NCBI GenBank assembly: GCA_046045965.1
Contig: JBJOKS010000015.1
Span: 1 to 64,000 of the forward strand
DNA: 64,000 nucleotides
Source: Cyanobacteriota bacterium
Lineage (GTDB): Bacteria; Cyanobacteriota; Cyanobacteriia; Cyanobacteriales; Nostocaceae
Reading direction: 5' to 3'
Below the pieces are notes generated by a model, which saw nothing but the letters and a program-made list of their open reading frames with translations, was not told the DNA's origin and made no database searches. How positions within the stretch are numbered: position 1 is the stretch's first letter; every line of letters starts with the position of its first letter. Positions 1 through 13,363 of this stretch are shown piece after piece. A program made the translations under genes and the position numbers.

Positions 1-126
1 CGATTGCATTGCTTTCATCCCATTTCTTTTGCTCTGTTGTCAAGTATATTTCTTATCCCTTGGCTTATGCTTATCTTAGTCATTTTGTCAAGTTCATACT
101 ATACCAAATTAGATGAGCTTACCCTG
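1..126 (-). mobile_element. Probable IS terminus (ISAs1-like end, CAGGGTAAGCTCATCTAA on the minus strand) fused to a barstar 3' half
   Basis: Barstar-like coding starts abruptly at 127 (GANWDAF), directly after ...GATGAGCTTACCCTG. A CAGGG terminus is typical of ISAs1-family ends. The rest of the element would be outside the window. Confidence 0.4.
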
Positions 127-333
127 GGCGCTAACTGGGATGCTTTTGATGAATGTATCACCGATTTAACATGGTGTCCGGCTCAAAGATATGTCATATT
201 ATATGATCATGCTGATATCTTTGCTCAAGCTGAACCGACGCAATACCAAATAGCATTAGATATTTTAAATTCAGCAAAGGAATACTGGGAAGGTAATAAT
301 ATTTCTTTCAAGTTTTTAACTATCAAAAAATAG
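127..333 (+). pseudogene. Barstar-family (ribonuclease inhibitor) C-terminal fragment
   Basis: GANWDAFDECITDLTW matches the barstar G-x-N-W-D-A-L/F-x-D/E-C-L-T-D motif. The first ~41 aa of ORF 4..333 are not barstar-like. Confidence 0.65.
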
Positions 334-375
334 GTAAATTCAATTTTGCACTATTTATAGATTGTTTATTGTGGT

Positions 376-577
376 TGTCAGAATTAGGATAACCAGGATT
401 TGAGGATGTACAAGATTGTTATTGATAGATTGTCTGTAAATATTTAATGATGATAAAATTTGATTCAGATAAAAAATATAATTCCTATCATTCAAAGAAA
501 ACCATAAATGACAAAAACATCCTGTTAATCCTTTAATCCTGGATATACTGATATAGCTTGTGCCAGACTATCAGACA
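376..577. mobile_element. MITE-like element, copy 1 (~200 bp, long imperfect terminal inverted repeats)
   Basis: Left arm TGTCAGAATTAGGATAACCAGGATTTGAGGATGTACA; right arm CATCCTGTTAATCCTTTAATCCTGGATATACTGAT..TCAGACA. Homologous end to end with 1791-1972. Confidence 0.7.
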
Positions 578-618
578 TTTGAATATTATTGTGGTATAAT
601 TAGAATAACAACTAACTA

Positions 619-879
619 ATGACATCTATGAATATTCTCCTACAAAAAGCATTTGGTGTAGTTTCACAACTACCAGAAACCGAACAAAATGAAATTGCAG
701 AAATAATTTTTGCCAAATTAGCTGAAAAATTAGGTCAAAAATCACCTCCATCAACACTTGTAGACTTTATGCAGTTTGCTGGTATTGCTAATGCAGAAGA
801 AAGAGTAATATTGCAAAATCTGGAACAGGAAATAACAGCACAAAGATTATTAGATTTAGAAAGAGAGATTGAATTATGA
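619..879 (+). CDS. Putative antitoxin partner of the downstream PIN toxin
   Basis: 86 aa; 4-nt ATGA overlap with the vapC-like gene. Confidence 0.65.
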   Translation: MTSMNILLQKAFGVVSQLPETEQNEIAEIIFAKLAEKLGQKSPPSTLVDFMQFAGIANAEERVILQNLEQEITAQRLLDLEREIEL

Positions 880-1283
880 AAAAAGCCTTATTAGATACTA
901 ATATGATATCGTATTTCTTGCGAGGAGATATACAGGTTGTCAGCAAATTTCGTGAATATCAAAATTTTCATAGTTATCTGACTTTTTCTGTGCTAACTTA
1001 TTATGAAATCAAAAGCGGTTTATTGTATAAAGATGCGAAAAATCTTTTACGACAATTTGAAATTCTTGCTAATAGCAGCGAAATTTTACCTCTTGATGTC
1101 AATACCGCAAACTTTGCCAGTATTATTTATCAAGATTTACGTCAAAGAGGTTTATTAATTACCCCTATTGATTTACTAATTGCTGCTTCTTCTATTCAAT
1201 ATCAATGTGTTTTAATTACTGCTAATGTTAAACATTTCCAAAATATCCCTAATTTACAATATGATAATTGGTGTATTATCTGA
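876..1283 (+). CDS. vapC: VapC-family PIN-domain toxin
   Basis: LLDTNMIS, YYEIKSG, IDLLIAAS and LITANVKHF are PIN/VapC motifs. Confidence 0.9.
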   Translation: MKKALLDTNMISYFLRGDIQVVSKFREYQNFHSYLTFSVLTYYEIKSGLLYKDAKNLLRQFEILANSSEILPLDVNTANFASIIYQDLRQRGLLITPIDLLIAASSIQYQCVLITANVKHFQNIPNLQYDNWCII

Positions 1284-1354
1284 ATTAGGACACCTTTGGG
1301 GAATTAAAAATTAAAAATTAAAAATTAAGAATTAAAAACCATTGATAATAAACT

Positions 1355-1789
1355 ATGAATCAAAACAATTTACTAGCAATCTTAAAAAATAACCGCTTGA
1401 TGCAAACAGAAGAACAAATTACAAATTTTGAAAATGCTTTAACTGCAATAGCTGAAAATCCTGATGAAAATGATTTATCTGCGTATCATCTGATTTTAGA
1501 TGATCAATGTCAACAATCCGAAGTGATGTTTAGCTTAATTCATTTTCTGGAATCTTTTGATATGGAAAAACAAATTACAGCATTTATTGAAGTTGTTCCT
1601 CAATTAATGATAACTGCACCTGAATGGACAAGAATTATTCACAACCGGATTTTAAATGATCAATCAGCTTGTCAAGTTTATCAAAACCTATTACATTCAG
1701 CTAATTTAAATACTCCTCATTTTCTCTATCATCTTTTAGAAGAAAGTATTATCAATAAATTGCAAGTGCGAGAAAGTGTATTAACGTGA
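1355..1789 (+). CDS. Imm30-like immunity protein
   Basis: DDQCQQSEVMFSLIHFLESFD...APEWTRIIHNRILND resembles the Imm30 family (recalled, not searched). Confidence 0.6.
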   Translation: MNQNNLLAILKNNRLMQTEEQITNFENALTAIAENPDENDLSAYHLILDDQCQQSEVMFSLIHFLESFDMEKQITAFIEVVPQLMITAPEWTRIIHNRILNDQSACQVYQNLLHSANLNTPHFLYHLLEESIINKLQVRESVLT

Positions 1790-1790
1790 T

Positions 1791-1972
1791 TATCTGAATC
1801 AGGATAACCAGGATTTTAGGATGTACAGGATAGTTATTTGTAGATTTTCTGTGAATATTTAAGGATAATTTGATTTAAATAATAACAATATATTCTCTAT
1901 CATAGTATAAAAACCATAAATGATCAAAAACATCCTGAAAATCCTTTAATCCTGGACATCCTGATTCAGACA
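1791..1972. mobile_element. MITE-like element, copy 2
   Basis: TATCTGAATCAGGATAACCAGGATT...AATCCTGGACATCCTGATTCAGACA form near-perfect terminal inverted repeats; no ORF inside. Confidence 0.75.
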
Positions 1973-2315
1973 AAAAACATCACAAATAACACTCATAATC
2001 TAATCTTTATAAATAAGGAATATTCTATTTAAATAAATAAAATTCCATTTATACTTGTTTGTGAGTAACAAAATATTAAAAAATATTAAATACTGATACA
2101 TTTACCACAAAATATGCTGGGCATTATGTAACAAATTGATACAAAAAATCAACATTCCCCAGCCTGACCACAATAGATACCTATGCCAACAGGCAGATTT
2201 AGATTACAGAATTGACATACTTCTTAATAAATTAGCAGCGTTACCGCAAAACGTTCTAATCTAAAAACTGAACTGGGTTAATTTACTGGCAGTTTTGCTG
2301 GCGTACTATACATAA

Positions 2316-5778
<3,463 letters not shown>

Positions 5779-5780
<2 letters not shown>

Positions 5781-5960
5781 GTGACAGGTGACAGGTGACA
5801 GTGAAGAAAGCAGGGGAAGCAGGGGAAGCAGGGGAAGCAGGGGAAGCAGGGGAAGCAGGGGGAGAATATTAACTTTTGCCTCCTGCCTCCTGCCTCCTGC
5901 CTCCTGCCTCCTGCCTCCTGCCTCCTGCCTCCTGCCTCCTGCCTCCTGCCTCCTGCCTCC
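5779..5960. repeat. STRR-type tandem repeat block: (AGGTGAC)x3, (AAGCAGGGG)x6, (TGCCTCC)x12
   Basis: Read directly at 5779-5799, 5808-5861 and 5877-5960. Confidence 0.95.
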
Positions 5961-6190
5961 TGAAAAATGAGCATTTCTGAAAGAAAATATTACAAAGTAT
6001 TAAGAGCAGTAATAAATGCTCAACATAATGCCGGAGAATATTTTGCGGAAGGATAATTAAGTTTTTCAACTTATGTACTTTTGTTGAGTAAATGTGACTC
6101 ACTTTGTACTAAGATGCAAAACAGTTATCAATCAAATCAAAGTCTTACCAGTTTTAAAGCTGGTGTCATTAGTTTTGGAGGAATCCATTA

Positions 6191-6676
6191 ATGAGTATCG
6201 TCACGAAGTCCATCGTGAATGCTGATGCAGAAGCTCGCTACCTCAGCCCTGGTGAATTAGATCGTATTAAGAGCTTTGTTTCTGGTGGTGCTGCACGTCT
6301 CCGCATCGCTCAAGTATTGACCGACAACCGCGAGCGCATCGTTAAGCAAGCAGGCGATCAATTGTTCCAAAAGCGTCCTGATGTTGTTTCTCCTGGTGGT
6401 AATGCTTACGGCCAAGAAATGACAGCTACCTGTCTTCGTGACCTCGACTACTACTTGCGTCTTGTTACCTACGGAATCGTTTCTGGTGATGTAACCCCCA
6501 TCGAAGAAATCGGTATCGTTGGTGTACGTGAAATGTACAAGTCTTTGGGTACTCCCATTGACGCTGTTGCTGGTGGCGTTGCCGCTATGAAGAACGTTGC
6601 TTCCACCATGTTGTCTGCTGAAGACGCATCCGAAGCTGGTGCTTACTTCGACTACGTTGTTGGTGCAATGGGCTAA
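6191..6676 (+). CDS. apcA: Allophycocyanin alpha subunit
   Basis: [38 protein letters not shown]. Confidence 0.99.
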   Translation: MSIVTKSIVNADAEARYLSPGELDRIKSFVSGGAARLRIAQVLTDNRERIVKQAGDQLFQKRPDVVSPGGNAYGQEMTATCLRDLDYYLRLVTYGIVSGDVTPIEEIGIVGVREMYKSLGTPIDAVAGGVAAMKNVASTMLSAEDASEAGAYFDYVVGAMG

Positions 6677-6743
6677 GTTGCAGCTATTTTACTGCTGAAA
6701 CTCAAAGCTATTGTAATCAGGTTGAACATAAGGAATTAACAAA

Positions 6744-7232
6744 ATGGCTCAAGACGCAATTACCGCTGTCATTAACTCCGCAGACGTTCAAGGTAAATAC
6801 CTTGATACCGCTGCTTTAGAAAAGCTCAAAGGCTACTTCGCTACTGGTGAACTGCGCGTTCGTGCAGCTACAACCATCAGTGCTAATGCTGCTGCTATCG
6901 TTAAAGAAGCTGTAGCTAAATCCTTGTTGTACTCTGATATCACCCGTCCCGGTGGTAATATGTACACCACCCGCCGTTACGCAGCTTGTATCCGTGACTT
7001 GGATTACTACTTGCGTTATTCTACCTACGCTATGTTGGCTGGCGATCCTTCCATTTTGGATGAGCGCGTATTGAATGGTTTGAAAGAAACCTACAACTCC
7101 TTGGGAGTACCCGTAGGCGCTACCGTTCAAGCTATCCAAGCTATGAAGGAAGTAACCGCAAGCTTGGTTGGTCCTGACGCTGGTAAAGAAATGGGCGTTT
7201 ACTTCGACTATATCTCCTCTGGCTTGAGCTAG
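6744..7232 (+). CDS. apcB: Allophycocyanin beta subunit
   Basis: [39 protein letters not shown]. Confidence 0.99.
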   Translation: MAQDAITAVINSADVQGKYLDTAALEKLKGYFATGELRVRAATTISANAAAIVKEAVAKSLLYSDITRPGGNMYTTRRYAACIRDLDYYLRYSTYAMLAGDPSILDERVLNGLKETYNSLGVPVGATVQAIQAMKEVTASLVGPDAGKEMGVYFDYISSGLS

Positions 7233-7275
7233 GAGTTGGGTTTGCACTTGATGATTTAGGTGCGACTTGATTCAG

Positions 7276-7364
7276 GTCTGGAAATCAACCGTGAGTTCTA
7301 GGTCGTTCTATTGCTTACCAAAAATGAGTATTAGCGGTCTAGTATTGATGTTTGATTTCCAGAC
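7276..7364 (+). promoter_or_regulatory. Long intergenic stem-loop between apcB and apcC
   Basis: GTCTGGAAATCAA (7276-7288) is the exact reverse complement of TTGATTTCCAGAC (7352-7364). Inner CTAGGTCGTT/AGCGGTCTAG also pair using G-U. Confidence 0.7.
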
Positions 7365-7447
7365 TTTGAGAAAATAAATTTTAATATCTGCACTCAAGAT
7401 ATTTGAGATAAAAAAGTTTCCGCAACCGATAGAGGAGTTTAGAAAAA

Positions 7448-7654
7448 ATGGCTCGTTTATTTAAAGTAACTGCTTGTGTTCCCAGCCTAACTCGTACTCG
7501 CACCCAACGCGAATTACAAAATACCTACTTCACCAAGTTGGTTCCTTATGAAAACTGGTTCCGTGAACAACAACGGATTCAAAAAATGGGCGGTAAGATT
7601 GTTAAGGTTGAATTAGCAACTGGTAAGCAAGGTACAAATACTGGTTTGGCTTAA
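7448..7654 (+). CDS. apcC: Phycobilisome small core linker
   Basis: MARLFKVTACVPSLTRTRTQRELQNTYFTKLVPYENWFREQQRIQK. Confidence 0.98.
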   Translation: MARLFKVTACVPSLTRTRTQRELQNTYFTKLVPYENWFREQQRIQKMGGKIVKVELATGKQGTNTGLA

Positions 7655-7696
7655 TTTCTATTTCTATACATCAGAGATTATTTTGGTAGATTTTTC

Positions 7697-7722
7697 AGGG
7701 GTCAGTGATGACCTCTTTTTTT
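7697..7722 (+). terminator. Rho-independent terminator after apcC
   Basis: AGGGGTCA-GTGA-TGACCTCT hairpin followed by a T tract. Confidence 0.75.
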
Positions 7723-7756
7723 ATTCTGGATATTTATTTATTCTTGGTCTGAAGCT

Positions 7757-8842
7757 TTAACAAGATAACATCAGTTCTGCAACATCTACTTCAGAAAATC
7801 CCATTAATTTTCCCACTTGTTTAATGTACATTTTTTCCGTTATGTGAAAATCTCCATCACGCTTTGCAAGTGCGATCAAATCAATTAATAAACCTAAAGC
7901 ATCATCGGGATATTTAGCTATTAATGAATAATCTACTTCTATTCTCTGGACAGATAATGAATTTTTGATTTCCTGAATTTCTGCCGATGTTAAATTAGCA
8001 TTGGTAATAATGGTCTTGAGATATTCTTTCTCTTCAGGCTCAATACTACCATCAACTTTCATTAAATTAATCAGGGTTTTAATCTTTAATAATTCTAGTC
8101 TTTCTCCTGTTATATTATTTACTTCTATGTCAGATGGAGGAAGAAAATTATCAGTATATTCAATGCTACATTCATTTAATGATTGAGTGTCATCTAATAT
8201 CTCAATTTCTTTTTCAAATATTTGAATAGACTTATTACCTACTTGTTTAGTTGAATAGGCTGACCATAAACCCATAGCAGTAGCACCAACTCCAGGCAAC
8301 CATTTGCTAACACTTGATTTTAATACCTGTTGGGCATATTTTCCTGCTATCCAACGAGCCGTGTCTTGAAATATTGGCGTGCTTACTTTTCGAGCGATAA
8401 TTTTACTACCTTGAGCAATAATAACTCTATTTGCTATTGCATTTATGCCGGGGGTAATTAATCCTGTACCCAATGAAGAAATTAAGACACCTGCTAATAG
8501 TTCTTTGTTTAAATATTGCTGCTTATCATAAGCTACACCCACATCATAAATCATGGCAATTTGGTTTCGCATGACTGTGATAATTTCTGGAGCAACTGCT
8601 AACATTCCCAATGGACCTGGTACTAAATTAGCTGCTGCTGATATCCCTCCATTACATTTTGCATAGCCATTAACAATCGAATTAGCTGATTCTATAGAAG
8701 GTCTTTGATGTTGATAAGGATTTTTAGCAAAATAATTACTTCTATCTTGGGCAACCATATCAAAAGAAGTGATTATTTTTTCGCCAATTTGGTTTTGTAG
8801 TTCTTGAATAACGTTATTACTTGTATTTTGTTGGTTGATCAT
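7757..8842 (-). CDS. EcsC/DUF697-like N-terminal domain fused to a C-terminal TerB-like domain
   Basis: Gly/Ala-rich helical segment (AANLVPGPLG...NQIAMIYDVGVAY, KWLPGVG). TerB-like motifs LMKVDGSIEPEE and LAKRDGDFHITE. Confidence 0.6.
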   Translation of the reverse strand: MINQQNTSNNVIQELQNQIGEKIITSFDMVAQDRSNYFAKNPYQHQRPSIESANSIVNGYAKCNGGISAAANLVPGPLGMLAVAPEIITVMRNQIAMIYDVGVAYDKQQYLNKELLAGVLISSLGTGLITPGINAIANRVIIAQGSKIIARKVSTPIFQDTARWIAGKYAQQVLKSSVSKWLPGVGATAMGLWSAYSTKQVGNKSIQIFEKEIEILDDTQSLNECSIEYTDNFLPPSDIEVNNITGERLELLKIKTLINLMKVDGSIEPEEKEYLKTIITNANLTSAEIQEIKNSLSVQRIEVDYSLIAKYPDDALGLLIDLIALAKRDGDFHITEKMYIKQVGKLMGFSEVDVAELMLSC

Positions 8843-9018
8843 AAAAACTTTTCCCGCTTGTATCTTACCTACTTATTTATTCAGTATAATTTTACTCGGT
8901 CGCAATATTGAATAGTAGCAAATTTACAAAAGTTTAGGTATTAGATCAAGTATCCATTGTGAGCTATACCTGCGCTCATGATAGACTAAAGTAAAACAAG
9001 CTAAAAATTCTCTCAAAT

Positions 9019-9321
9019 ATGTTAACTGCTACTAACATTGGTACATTAATAACTTGTTCTCCCGATGTAGGTAATGGTCGTCCCGTGATTACAGGGACTA
9101 GAACCTCTGTAAATCGGGTAGTTGTGCTTTATAAACAAGGTGCAAATGCTGAAGAAATTACCCGTCGGATCAGCCACCTCAACCTTGCCCAAGTTTATGC
9201 AGCTTTAGCTTACTATCACGCTAACCGTGATCAGATAGAAAATGAGTTAGCACAAGCAGAGGCTGAATACTGGAGTTTGGCAACTTTACACAGCCAGAAA
9301 GATAAAAAAGCAGATGAATAA
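9019..9321 (+). CDS. DUF433-domain antitoxin-like protein
   Basis: SPDVGNGRPVITGTR...HLNLAQVYAALAYY is the DUF433 signature. Confidence 0.9.
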   Translation: MLTATNIGTLITCSPDVGNGRPVITGTRTSVNRVVVLYKQGANAEEITRRISHLNLAQVYAALAYYHANRDQIENELAQAEAEYWSLATLHSQKDKKADE

Positions 9322-9680
9322 AATCCGACTTTATATTGACGAAGACTCTATGGATGAAGATTTTGTTCAAGCTTTACGTTCCCGCAATAGTAGATGTATT
9401 GACAGTTGCAGATGTGGGAATGTTGTACAAATCTGATCCAGAACAGCTAACTTGGGCTAAGGAAAACAACCGAGTTATATTTAGTTTTAACGCCAGAGAC
9501 TTTTACCAGATTCATACTAATTTGCTGGAACAAGGTTTATCTCATGCGGGAATAATTCTAGCACTACAACAACGATATGGAATTAGTGAATTAATGCGCG
9601 GAGTTTTGCGACTGATTAACACCAAATCAGCAGAAGATATGCAGGGACAAGTAGAGTTTTTAAGCAACTGGGTTTATTAA
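9314..9680 (+). pseudogene. DUF5615 PIN-like toxin with a +1 frameshift near 9389
   Basis: ATG at 9314 gives MNKIRLYIDEDSMDEDFVQALRSRN. The expected continuation VDVLTVADVGM...NRVIFSFNARDF is in another frame; removing one base (A9389) joins them. Confidence 0.8.
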
Positions 9681-9764
9681 TTATCCCATCTGTTATAGTC
9701 AAGTATTCATGATGAGCGATCGCCATTAATATCCCCATTTATAAAACCCAACAACTAAACTCAA

Positions 9765-10595
9765 TTAAGGAACTGCTAACTGATACAATTGCTGTTTACC
9801 CAAAGGAGTGATCACTACAGCTTCTACTCTGCGGTTTTGAAATAAAGGAACAGTAATATCAAATCTGCCACTAGGATCGATGTTCAAACGCTGTTGAGCT
9901 ATGATCAGCAGGTTTACTGGATCAACAGTACCAACAATTCGCACCTGATTGCCATCAGCTAGAAGTTGACTAATATTTAAACGAGTATCTTCCCGCAGCG
10001 GAACTACTGGTGAAGGTGGTTCTCCGGGAACGGTAACATTTTGGAAACCAGCATTTACCAACACCGTCCGTCCTTGAGCAATAGTAGCTACACTACCTTT
10101 TTTAGTAGCAACGCCGGTTTTACCATTTTCCTGTACATTCACACCAAACTCCGTTCCCCGTACCCCAGCCACCCCAGCAGGAGTGCGAATTTCTACACGA
10201 GATGTATTATGAGTTAATGGGCGAATTTGCAGACGGACTTGGCCAGACTGTACCTGAAGTTCAGTTATCCTTTCTCCCCCTGGTCCTTTGTCAAGTTTAT
10301 GGACTTTTACAGTTGTATTTTCAGCAATATTAATAAAGCCAGTACCTATATCCATTGCTAGAACTGCACTAGAACCTTGCTTGGTAATGATGGTATCCCC
10401 AACAGCTTGCAGTCGCATTCCGCTAGTAACTGGTTTAACTGACTGGCCACGAGAATAGATAACCTGTCCGATGGAACGACGTACCTCTAAGTATCGATTT
10501 ACTGTAACCCTTAATGGATCTGCGGATGAAGCATGAACAGTAGTTACTAACCCCACTAAGACAAAAAGAAAGTGACAAACCCACCAATTTTTCAT
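9765..10595 (-). CDS. Secreted FecR-domain protein
   Basis: Signal-peptide-like N-terminus from MKNWW; FecR motif EIRTPAGVAGVRGTEFGV. Confidence 0.8.
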   Translation of the reverse strand: MKNWWVCHFLFVLVGLVTTVHASSADPLRVTVNRYLEVRRSIGQVIYSRGQSVKPVTSGMRLQAVGDTIITKQGSSAVLAMDIGTGFINIAENTTVKVHKLDKGPGGERITELQVQSGQVRLQIRPLTHNTSRVEIRTPAGVAGVRGTEFGVNVQENGKTGVATKKGSVATIAQGRTVLVNAGFQNVTVPGEPPSPVVPLREDTRLNISQLLADGNQVRIVGTVDPVNLLIIAQQRLNIDPSGRFDITVPLFQNRRVEAVVITPLGKQQLYQLAVP

Positions 10596-10623
10596 ATATA
10601 ACACCTTTGTTAGTTTGCAATTT

Positions 10624-11010
10624 TTAATGAAAATAGACCACTCTTGCATCTAGTCCGTGGGTTCTCAACAAATTAGATAAACACTCGGCATCTCCTCGTC
10701 TTGAAGAACCTCCAGCATAGACATAAGCGCCAAGCCTGTGTTGTGCTAGAAATGCGTCAGAAACATAGCGACGCACAAAGTTTAACAATTGAACTGAATT
10801 ACCAGGAACAACAACCACATAAGGCCGTTCTGGTACTTTCCCAATGACGATCACATTGCTTTGTCGGACAGTATTCACAGCATTGCTAACTGGGGGCAAA
10901 CTTGGTGAAAAGCAAGGGGGTTGCTGAGTCCAAGCCTTAGACAATAAAGTTGCCCAGACAATAGTTGTGATTATTCCAGTAATCAGATATCTATTCACTA
11001 TACTTACCAA
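10624..11010 (-). CDS. Hypothetical exported protein (SPOR-like C-terminus possible)
   Basis: Hydrophobic N-terminus; RPYVVVVPG...LRTHGLDARVVYF. Confidence 0.55.
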   Translation of the reverse strand: MVSIVNRYLITGIITTIVWATLLSKAWTQQPPCFSPSLPPVSNAVNTVRQSNVIVIGKVPERPYVVVVPGNSVQLLNFVRRYVSDAFLAQHRLGAYVYAGGSSRRGDAECLSNLLRTHGLDARVVYFH

Positions 11011-11367
11011 TTTGTGCTTATTTTTTCTAAATTTACAGGGATTTTCAAATTTTCAGAGGCGGTAAATTCGGATAATATGAAACGGGAGCAAATGAGGTAT
11101 GACTTAGCTGCTGTTTATTTATTTACCACACTTTTGATTATTTAATTTGCGTCATTAAGGCAATCAGGATACTCACCGGACAGGAATTTGATAAAATTCA
11201 AACATAGTAATTAAAAATAAAAAAATAATTATTTTTTATACTAATAAACTATGGGGTTTCACTTAATATTTTAATGTGACAAATATTTGTGTAACCCTTT
11301 TGCTGTAACGTCTGTAAAGTTTTATCTAATTAACCAAACACTGCTGTAAATGAAGTTTATATTACGC

Positions 11368-13239
11368 TTATTTAGATGAATCTAGCCATCCGGTAATAGA
11401 ATAAATCATAGTTAATTGTTGCCTTCCACGCAGCTGCATCTGTTCTACCTTTTGGGTATTAAAATGCTGCTTAATCAATTGAAATGTAGTTTCACTAACT
11501 AAAATGTTATAAGGATTTCCCTCTTTAACATTTTTATTGAGTTGTTCTAAACGCGCCGCAATATTAACAGCATCTCCCAATACAGAATAGTTTAATCTTT
11601 GAGATCCGCCAATGCTGCCAGCGACTACTAAACCTGTATGAATACCAATACCGATGTTAATACTGGGTTTACCTAAACGTTCTAATTCCTGGTTTAATGA
11701 TATTAATCTTTCCTGCATAGAAATTGCCGCAGATACCGCATCAATGGCATCTTGTTGAATTTCCTCTGAGCGACTGTGAGGAAAGGGAATACCAAAAACA
11801 GCCATCACAGCATCACCAATGTATTTATCAATAACTCCATGATGTTCTTGAACACACTCAGCCATAGCACCGAGATAGGAATTTAACCAGCTGAGTAAAT
11901 CTCGTGGTTTCATGCCTTCAGAAATAGTTGTAAAGCTGCGGATATCGCTAAATAAAATTGTTGCTACCATTTCTTGAGCTTCTAACTCACCGTTTTGAAA
12001 AATATCATCCCGATTTTGCCAGATTAAATTTGCTGTTTCTTGGGAAACGTGACGAGCGAACAAACTCATTAATTGTTGTTTTTCTTTTTGTTCTTGCCAC
12101 TGCACACTTAACCCAATTAAAAAAATAGTACCGATGGGAGCAGCTATAGGCAACCAGAGATTAGATATTGCTAGAGCTAAGATTGATAGACTAAACCAAC
12201 TCAGAGGCAATAATGCTAGTAGCAGAGTGCGTTGGTATAATTTTCCAGGAATTAGGAGCAAACTCGCACCGATGCCAACAATCAATAATAGTAAAAGTTC
12301 AAGTTGCCAGGGTAATTTTTGTAGAAGTCGCTGGTTGAGTAGATTATCAATTACTGCGGCGTGTAAATATATCCCCGATGTTGGTGGTATTTGATCGAAG
12401 GGAGTTTTTAAAGGATCGCTGGTTCCAGTGGCAGTTAACCCAACTAGGACAATTTTGTTTCTGAGTTTGGCTGTATCTATTTTTCCCTGGACAACATCAA
12501 TAAAGGAATAGGTGGGTATTTCTTGAGTTGGGGCGATCCAGTTAATCCAAACTGATTGTACTTTGACTCCTGATTGCAGAGGTGGGATAACAGCGCGGGA
12601 TTGATTGGAGTTACTGGTTTTTGGGTTAAAAGTTTGCTGCAAGCTGTTGTTATATGCTGCCAATAACTGAATACTCAAGGAGGGAAATTGATTGATGTAG
12701 AGGAATGATTTACGGGTGACTCCATCTACATCAGCACTGCTAACAATGTGGCCTTTAGCGGTGACTTGATCTAAAACGGGGACTGGACGCAGAGTTTGTT
12801 GCTGTAAACTGGGGGCGACGGCTAGGACTGTGTGACCATTGAATTCCATCGCTTCAGCCAGGGCTGCATCGTCAATGGTAGGTTCAGTAAATAAAATGTC
12901 AAAGCCGATGGCTGCGGGGGGTGAAGCGGCGAGAGTTTCTAATAATTGAGTATAGCGATCGCGTGACAGAGGAAACTGCCCATATTCATTTAATGTTTTA
13001 TCATCAATACCAATAACAGCAATACGCTCATCCCAAGTAGCATGGGGTAAATAGTTGCGGGTGTGGAACAATATATTAAATGCTAGTAATTCTAGGGTAG
13101 CCCAAGCCCCTACTTGCCATAATCCCATTGAGAACAGCGTAACCAATAGGTAAGGATTCAGTGAATGCTTTTTGAGAATCGAGATTCTGAGGTATTTGGG
13201 AAAATTCTGCCAAGATACTCCCCAAGCTTTAACTGTCAT
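11368..13239 (-). CDS. CHASE2-domain class III adenylate/guanylate cyclase
   Basis: CHASE2 motifs IAVIGIDDKTL, GFDILF and DVDGVTR; three TM helices; cyclase motifs FSDIRSFT, DKYIGDAVM and GDAVNIAARL. Confidence 0.93.
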   Translation of the reverse strand: MTVKAWGVSWQNFPKYLRISILKKHSLNPYLLVTLFSMGLWQVGAWATLELLAFNILFHTRNYLPHATWDERIAVIGIDDKTLNEYGQFPLSRDRYTQLLETLAASPPAAIGFDILFTEPTIDDAALAEAMEFNGHTVLAVAPSLQQQTLRPVPVLDQVTAKGHIVSSADVDGVTRKSFLYINQFPSLSIQLLAAYNNSLQQTFNPKTSNSNQSRAVIPPLQSGVKVQSVWINWIAPTQEIPTYSFIDVVQGKIDTAKLRNKIVLVGLTATGTSDPLKTPFDQIPPTSGIYLHAAVIDNLLNQRLLQKLPWQLELLLLLIVGIGASLLLIPGKLYQRTLLLALLPLSWFSLSILALAISNLWLPIAAPIGTIFLIGLSVQWQEQKEKQQLMSLFARHVSQETANLIWQNRDDIFQNGELEAQEMVATILFSDIRSFTTISEGMKPRDLLSWLNSYLGAMAECVQEHHGVIDKYIGDAVMAVFGIPFPHSRSEEIQQDAIDAVSAAISMQERLISLNQELERLGKPSINIGIGIHTGLVVAGSIGGSQRLNYSVLGDAVNIAARLEQLNKNVKEGNPYNILVSETTFQLIKQHFNTQKVEQMQLRGRQQLTMIYSITGWLDSSK

Positions 13240-13363
13240 TTTTAGGACAAAGGTGATTGAACACTGAATTTTGAATAAGCGATCGCAACTTTGCTGATTA
13301 TCTTAAACTAAATGCAGCCTCAAAACCTAAAATAATTTCATCTTCCTACTCTTGTAAGATACT

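Noticed and set aside
2127..2143. TGTAACAAATTGATACA as an NtcA box upstream of apcE
   Set aside because: Spacing is GTA-N9-TAC, not GTA-N8-TAC.
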